This document shows positions 59,331 to 64,000 of a stretch of 64,000 bases of DNA, piece by piece. This DNA is from Alphaproteobacteria bacterium (GTDB taxonomy: Bacteria; Pseudomonadota; Alphaproteobacteria; JAAXGF01). The position numbers were made by a program, and so were the translations under genes. The notes under the pieces were generated by a model. It was not told where the DNA came from and ran no database searches. It saw only the letters and a program-made list of their open reading frames with translations. The stretch is taken from assembly GCA_963555825.3 (NCBI GenBank), contig CAUVXB020000002.1:1280001-1344000 (forward strand). Direction: 5' to 3'. The first letter of the stretch is position 1; the number at the start of each line of letters is the position of its first letter.

Positions 59331-59396
59331 ACACCTGTTCAAGGTGTCCTCCCTGCATTCCCCCAACTTGGGCCGGTTTTCCGGCCCAATTTTTTT
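59331..59396 (+). ncRNA. Candidate small RNA, MmgR/suhB-like, with an anti-SD motif
   Basis: 5' hairpin ACACCT-GTTCA-AGGTGT, single-stranded CCTCCCT...TTCCCCC, then AACTTGGGCCGG terminator stem and T7; lies between convergent genes. Confidence 0.55.
59368..59396 (+). terminator. Intrinsic terminator
   Basis: TTGGGCCGG-TTTT-CCGGCCCAA followed by TTTTTTT. Confidence 0.85.
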
Positions 59397-59424
59397 GAAC
59401 ATTACCCGTTTTATTAGGGTTTTC

Positions 59425-60737
59425 CACTAGTGTCCGGTTAAAAATCGAATAAATTCAATTGGTTGGTTATTTGCGAAGCGTTGCATCTGTTTTCGTCTCC
59501 CGCAAGTGCTTGATGTATGGGCATTTTCTCGAAGAGGGTCACCGAGAGGATCTGTAACAAAGTGTAGAGCGAGGCGTCCAGGTCGAGGCGCTTCTTGACG
59601 ATGGCGACGAGGACGTAGACCGAGACGGCAATCCAGATCTGCGTCTTCACCGCGTTCTCCGACGTGCCGTAGAACTGCTTGATCCGAAGATGCTGCTTGA
59701 TCCACTTGAAGAAGAGTTCCACCTGCCAGCGGCTTTTGTAGAGCGCGCAGATGGTGGCGGCCGGAAGCGAGAAGTTGTTGGTGATGAAGACCAGCGTCTT
59801 GCCGGACTCGGGGTCCTTGAAGCGGATGCGCCGCAGAAGTTCGGGGTAATCCTGACGGGTGTAGAAGCCGTCCAGGGAGATGGTCTGGTCGCAAATGATG
59901 CCGGTCGAGCGATCCGTCGGCGCCGAATAGACGCGATGAGCATCGATGTTCGACTTGGCACGCGTGACGAAGAAGGCCCCGGCTTGGTGCAACACATAAA
60001 GGCGGGCAAAGTCGACGTAGCCACGATCCACGACGTAGATGGCTCCGGCTTCCGGCAAGAGCATATCGAGGGCATGAACGTCGTGCAGCTTGCCATCCGA
60101 GATGTGGATAAAACTCGGAATGTTGCCCCGCAGGTCGAGCAGCGTGTGCATCTTCACCGCCGCCTTGGTGGTGCGGAAGTGCGCCCACGGAAAGACCGAC
60201 AGGCACAGAGCGATGGTCGTCGAGTCCAGGGCGTAGACGGTATTGGTCAGGTCCAACCCCAGTTCTTCGTCGACGTACAGCGTCCTCGCCTGGGTGATGA
60301 GCCGCTGGGCCAACGCCGCATGGATACGCCAGTCGCGCCTTTCGTTGGCATCGGCCAGCGTCGAGCGCCGGACCGGCTGGCGGAAGCCCATGTGATAGAG
60401 TTTCGATGCGTGGACCGAGAGGCAGGTCTCGATGTCGCGCAGGCTTTCCCGGTAGGTCAGCTGGGCGAAGGCCATGGACCGGTATTGCTCGGCGCAGGAA
60501 AGCGTCCGGACCCGGTGATCGCCGCCATACCGGTCGACGATCCGCGTGAAAGTAGTCCATGGCAGGAAGTCCATGAGCTGAGCGAACAGGGTCTTGCCGG
60601 TGTTCATGAGCATCTCCTCGGAGAAACTCCGAAAAGTGCTCCATCCAATTCAAATCGACACCATGCATTTTCGCTTCAAACCCCGCAGAAATCCTGGCTC
60701 TCAAAGCCAGCACCGCTCAGTTAACCGGACAGCAGTG
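59425..60737 (-). mobile_element. IS4-family insertion sequence
   Basis: TIRs CACTAGTGTCCGGTTAA / TTAACCGGACAGCAGTG; GGTTTTC direct repeat at 59418-59424 and 60738-60744. Confidence 0.9.
59438..60613 (-). CDS. IS4-family transposase (DUF4372 plus DDE)
   Basis: MAFAQLTYRESLRDIE, ALDSTTI, VDRGY and YKSRWQVELFFKWIKQ (YREK). Confidence 0.93.
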   Translation of the reverse strand: MLMNTGKTLFAQLMDFLPWTTFTRIVDRYGGDHRVRTLSCAEQYRSMAFAQLTYRESLRDIETCLSVHASKLYHMGFRQPVRRSTLADANERRDWRIHAALAQRLITQARTLYVDEELGLDLTNTVYALDSTTIALCLSVFPWAHFRTTKAAVKMHTLLDLRGNIPSFIHISDGKLHDVHALDMLLPEAGAIYVVDRGYVDFARLYVLHQAGAFFVTRAKSNIDAHRVYSAPTDRSTGIICDQTISLDGFYTRQDYPELLRRIRFKDPESGKTLVFITNNFSLPAATICALYKSRWQVELFFKWIKQHLRIKQFYGTSENAVKTQIWIAVSVYVLVAIVKKRLDLDASLYTLLQILSVTLFEKMPIHQALAGDENRCNASQITNQLNLFDF

Positions 60738-60788
60738 GGTTTTCCCTAATAGACCGAAACAAACGTGAATTTCCGCCTGTACCAAGGG

Positions 60789-61937
60789 TCATGGACGGGC
60801 GGGCGTATAGCGGCGCCCCTTCCATCGGCCGCCCTCGCCACGTCGCCAGCGCAACGCGGAATCGAGCGCCATCAGCGTATAGAGCGCGGCGACCGCGGGC
60901 AGCGCCACGCCGGCCACGGCGGGTTGGCGGTAGAACCGCAGGGTCGGCGCGTAGGCAACGGCCATGGCGAACCAGCCCGCGGCGCCGAGCCCCGCTGCTG
61001 GACCGAAACCTCCGAAGACGCCGGCGATCACGGTGGCCGGCGGCACGAGATAGATCAGCGTCATGCCGGCGACCGTGGCGGCGAGCAGCATCGGGGAATG
61101 GCGCAGCTGCGTGTATGCCGAGCGCGCGACCATATCCCAGATATCGCCGAGGCCGGCGTAGGGCCGGACGCTCCAGCTCTCGGTCGCGAGACCGAGCCAG
61201 ATCGGCCCGCCGGGCTTGATCGCGCGGGCCAGCGCGCAGTCGTCGATCAAGTCGCCGGCGATGGCGTCGAGACCGCCCGCGGCGACCAGCGCGGCGCGGC
61301 GCACCAGCATGCAGCCGCCCGCCGCGGCCGCCGTCGCCCGCGCCGGGTCGTTGACGCGACGGAACGGGTAGAGCATCTGAAAGAAGTAGACGAAGGCCGG
61401 AATCAGCAGCCGCTCCCAACCGCTTTCGCATTGCAGCCGCGCCATCAGCGACACCAGGTCGAGCCGCCCGGCCTCGGCCTTGGCGACCAGCGCGCGCAGC
61501 ACGCCCGGCCCGTGCGCGATGTCGGCGTCACTGAACCACAGATAGCACGCCTCGGGCGCCGCCGCCGCGGCGGCCTCGACACCCTGGGCGAGCGCCCAGG
61601 TCTTGCCGACCCAGCCGACCGGCCGTGCCACGCCGCCGACGACGACCACTCCGGCGCCGCGCGCCAGCTCGGCGGTGCTGTCATCGCTCTCGTCGTCGAC
61701 CACGATAACCACGAGATCGCCAGGGTAGTCCTGGGCAAGCAGCGAGCGAAGCGTCTGGCCGATCACCGCCGCCTCGTTGCGCGCCGGCACGACCGCGGCG
61801 ACGGCGGGCCAGGCCTCGGGCGTGTCGCCCGCCCCGTCGAGCCGCTGATCGGTCCGCCAAAACCCGCCATGGCCGAACAGCAGATAGAGCCAGACGGCCA
61901 AGGAAACGGCGGCGAGAATGGTCAGCGCGACGGCCAT
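60789..61937 (-). CDS. hpnB: GT2 glycosyltransferase, HpnB-like (hopanoid-associated)
   Basis: VPARNEA, VDDESDD, GWVGKTWA, DADI, AAAGGC, IDDCALA, WDMVARSAYTQL and WKGR. Confidence 0.78.
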   Translation of the reverse strand: MAVALTILAAVSLAVWLYLLFGHGGFWRTDQRLDGAGDTPEAWPAVAAVVPARNEAAVIGQTLRSLLAQDYPGDLVVIVVDDESDDSTAELARGAGVVVVGGVARPVGWVGKTWALAQGVEAAAAAAPEACYLWFSDADIAHGPGVLRALVAKAEAGRLDLVSLMARLQCESGWERLLIPAFVYFFQMLYPFRRVNDPARATAAAAGGCMLVRRAALVAAGGLDAIAGDLIDDCALARAIKPGGPIWLGLATESWSVRPYAGLGDIWDMVARSAYTQLRHSPMLLAATVAGMTLIYLVPPATVIAGVFGGFGPAAGLGAAGWFAMAVAYAPTLRFYRQPAVAGVALPAVAALYTLMALDSALRWRRGEGGRWKGRRYTPARP

Positions 61938-61951
61938 GCCGCCCACACTGC

Positions 61952-62728
61952 TCAATCGAACTCGACGAAACCGGCGATGGCGTCGCGGTCGAAGCCCTTG
62001 CTGGCGACCAGCAGCTGGCGCGTATAGCCGTGCGTCGGCGTGCCCGTGCGCAGCTGCCGATCGGTCATCTCCTCGACGAAATTGCCGCGGTTCATCACCG
62101 CGATGCGTTCGCACTGGTGGGCGACGACGGCGAGGTTGTGGCTGACCATGATATAGGTCAGGCCATGTTCCTTGCGGAGCTGGCCAAGCAAGTTGAGGAT
62201 CTCGGCCTGGACCGAGACGTCGAGCGCCGATGTCGGTTCGTCCAGGACGACGACACGCGGCTCGAGGATCAACGCGCGTGCGATGGCGATGCGCTGGCGC
62301 TGGCCGCCCGAGAGCTGGTGCGGATAGCGGAAGCGGAACTCGGGGCCCAGCCCGACCTCGTCGAGCGCCTTCAGGATGCGCGGCTCGAGGTCGTCGAAGC
62401 CGTGGATGGCGAGCGGCTCCTTGAGGATGTGGTCGACCGTGTGGCGCGGGTGCAGCGAGCCGTAGGGGTCCTGGAACACCATCTGCAGCAGTTTGCGGAA
62501 AGCGCGCGGCCGCTTGGGCCCAAGCGCGATGCCGTCGACTTCGATGCGGCCGGTCCAATGGGTGTGCAGCCCGGCGATGGCGCGCAAGACGGTCGACTTG
62601 CCCGAGCCCGATTCGCCGACCAGCCCGAAACTCTCGCCTTCCTTGACGTGAAACGAGACGCCGCGCACCGCCTGGACCGCGTTGCGGCCGGTGCCGAAGG
62701 TTATGGCGAGGTCCTCGACCCGGATCAT
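61952..62728 (-). CDS. Peptide ABC transporter ATP-binding protein (DppF/OppF-like)
   Basis: GESGSGKST, MVFQDPYGSL, PHQLSGGQRQR and DEPTSALD. Confidence 0.92.
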   Translation of the reverse strand: MIRVEDLAITFGTGRNAVQAVRGVSFHVKEGESFGLVGESGSGKSTVLRAIAGLHTHWTGRIEVDGIALGPKRPRAFRKLLQMVFQDPYGSLHPRHTVDHILKEPLAIHGFDDLEPRILKALDEVGLGPEFRFRYPHQLSGGQRQRIAIARALILEPRVVVLDEPTSALDVSVQAEILNLLGQLRKEHGLTYIMVSHNLAVVAHQCERIAVMNRGNFVEEMTDRQLRTGTPTHGYTRQLLVASKGFDRDAIAGFVEFD

Positions 62729-63582
62729 GGCGCGCCGCCGCCGGGTTCCAGCCACGCCGGGTCGCGCTTGAGCACGGGCAGTTCGGCGTGCGAGCCGTCG
62801 AGCTGCGGCAGGCAGTTGAGCAGGCCACGGGTGTAGGGGTGGCTCGCCTGGTGCAGCGCGTCGGCCTCGATGGTTTCCATGATGCGCCCGCCGTACATGA
62901 CCAACACGCGGTCGCAGAACGAAGCGACCAGGTTGAGGTCGTGGCTGATCAAGATCAGCCCCATGCCGCGCTGGCGCACCATGTCGTCCAGCAGGGCGAG
63001 CACCTGGAGCTGCACCGTGACGTCGAGCGCCGAGGTCGGCTCGTCGGCGATCATCAGATCGGGGTCGGGGATCAGCATCATGGCGATCATGATGCGCTGG
63101 CCCATGCCACCCGAAACCTCGTGGGGAAAAAGGTTGTAGACCTTCTCGGGTTCGCGGATGCGGACCGTCTCCAGCATCGCGAGCGCGCGCTCTTTGGCCT
63201 CGTGCTTGCTGGCCTTGGAATGAACCATATAGGCCTCGGCGATCTGCCATCCGACGGTCATCACCGGGTTCAGCGAATATTGCGGATCCTGCATGATCAT
63301 CGAGATGCGGTTGCCGCGGATCGACCGCATGCGGCGCTCGCTGGCGTTCAACAGGTCGATGCCGTCGAAGTCCATGCGCTTGGCCGCTATGCGGCCGTTG
63401 CCGCTGATCAGCCGCAGGATGGCGCGCCCGGTCTGGGACTTGCCCGAGCCCGACTCGCCGACGATGCCGAGGCGCTCCTGGCCGAGTTCGAAATCGATGC
63501 CGCGCACCGCCTCGACGACGCCCTTCGGGGTGTCGAAGGAGACCCGCAAATCCTCGACGCTGAGCAGGGCATCGCCGGCCAT
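62725..63582 (-). CDS. Peptide ABC transporter ATP-binding protein (DppD/OppD-like)
   Basis: GESGSGKS, QDPQYSLNP, PHEVSGGMGQR and HPYTRGLL. Confidence 0.92.
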   Translation of the reverse strand: MAGDALLSVEDLRVSFDTPKGVVEAVRGIDFELGQERLGIVGESGSGKSQTGRAILRLISGNGRIAAKRMDFDGIDLLNASERRMRSIRGNRISMIMQDPQYSLNPVMTVGWQIAEAYMVHSKASKHEAKERALAMLETVRIREPEKVYNLFPHEVSGGMGQRIMIAMMLIPDPDLMIADEPTSALDVTVQLQVLALLDDMVRQRGMGLILISHDLNLVASFCDRVLVMYGGRIMETIEADALHQASHPYTRGLLNCLPQLDGSHAELPVLKRDPAWLEPGGGAP

Positions 63583-63584
63583 GG

Positions 63585-64000
63585 TCAGTGACCGCTCCGC
63601 GGATCGAGGACGTCGCGCAGGCCGTCGCCGAGCAGGTTGAAACCCATCGAGACCACCAGGATGGCGATGCCGGGGATGGTCGGCACCCACCATTGGTCGA
63701 TCAGGAACTGGCGGCCGGTCGAAATCATCGCGCCCCATTCGGGCAGCGGCGGTTGCGCGCCAAGGCCGAGGAAGCCGAGCCCGGCGGCGACTAAGATGAT
63801 GCCCGCCATGTCGAGCGTCAGGCGCACGATGATCGACGACGCGCAGAGCGGCATGACATGGGACAGCAGAATGCGCGTGGTCGACGCGCCCTGAACCTGG
63901 GCCGCCATGATGAATTCCGAGTTGCGGATCGTCAGGGTCTCGGCACGGGCGATGCGGGCGAACGGCGACCAGGTGGTTATGGCGATGGCGAATACCGCGT
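63585..64000 (-). CDS. Peptide ABC transporter permease (DppC/OppC-like), C-terminal part
   Basis: AAGLGFLGLGAQPPLPEWGAMI and FNLLGDGLRDVLDPR. Confidence 0.9.
   Translation of the reverse strand, partial: AVFAIAITTWSPFARIARAETLTIRNSEFIMAAQVQGASTTRILLSHVMPLCASSIIVRLTLDMAGIILVAAGLGFLGLGAQPPLPEWGAMISTGRQFLIDQWWVPTIPGIAILVVSMGFNLLGDGLRDVLDPRSGH

Overview
This is a high-GC alphaproteobacterial chromosome segment whose gene order looks Rhodospirillales-like (inferred from gene content). 0-21 kb is conserved core: DUF2125, chaC, class II ribonucleotide reductase nrdJ, plsC-ydcF-ftsX-ftsE, hpt, TIGR02302, lysA-lipoprotein-argH, tlpA, a SPINDLY-like TPR glycosyltransferase, hbd-etfAB and pduO. 23-35 kb is an accessory metabolic stretch: a SelA/DgaE-like PLP enzyme between duplicated HIG1-gene copies, an aldolase, a SARP-TPR regulator facing DUF1326/imine-reductase/DUF2182, an HDAC-family deacylase, a serine hydrolase and two paralogous unknown membrane proteins. 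35-41 kb holds the ethylmalonyl-CoA genes mcd-ccr/ecm. 41-55 kb is a cell-surface region: tandem GT87 genes, an orphan Flp pilin missing from the ORF track, a PAS kinase/FixJ-type pair and an IS-truncated giant Kp43-type subtilase with about 15 HYR repeats. The window ends with nhaP, an HpnB-like glycosyltransferase and dpp/opp ABC genes. Mobile DNA comprises three different IS630 elements, a head-to-tail IS3-family dimer and an IS4 element. The most notable unexplained structures are: (1) a ~160-bp intergenic repeat family (3 copies) carrying a 20-bp module that varies in copy number, position and orientation, with two copies hit by IS630; (2) a 269-bp palindromic MITE in the etfB leader; (3) a candidate MmgR/suhB-like anti-SD sRNA behind two phased CRP-type boxes; (4) a possible GT87/Flp pilin-glycosylation module; (5) LexA and DnaA boxes at the nrdJ promoter. 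Several single-base frameshifts and short duplications may be assembly errors. All functional calls come from motif recognition by eye; no database searches were run.
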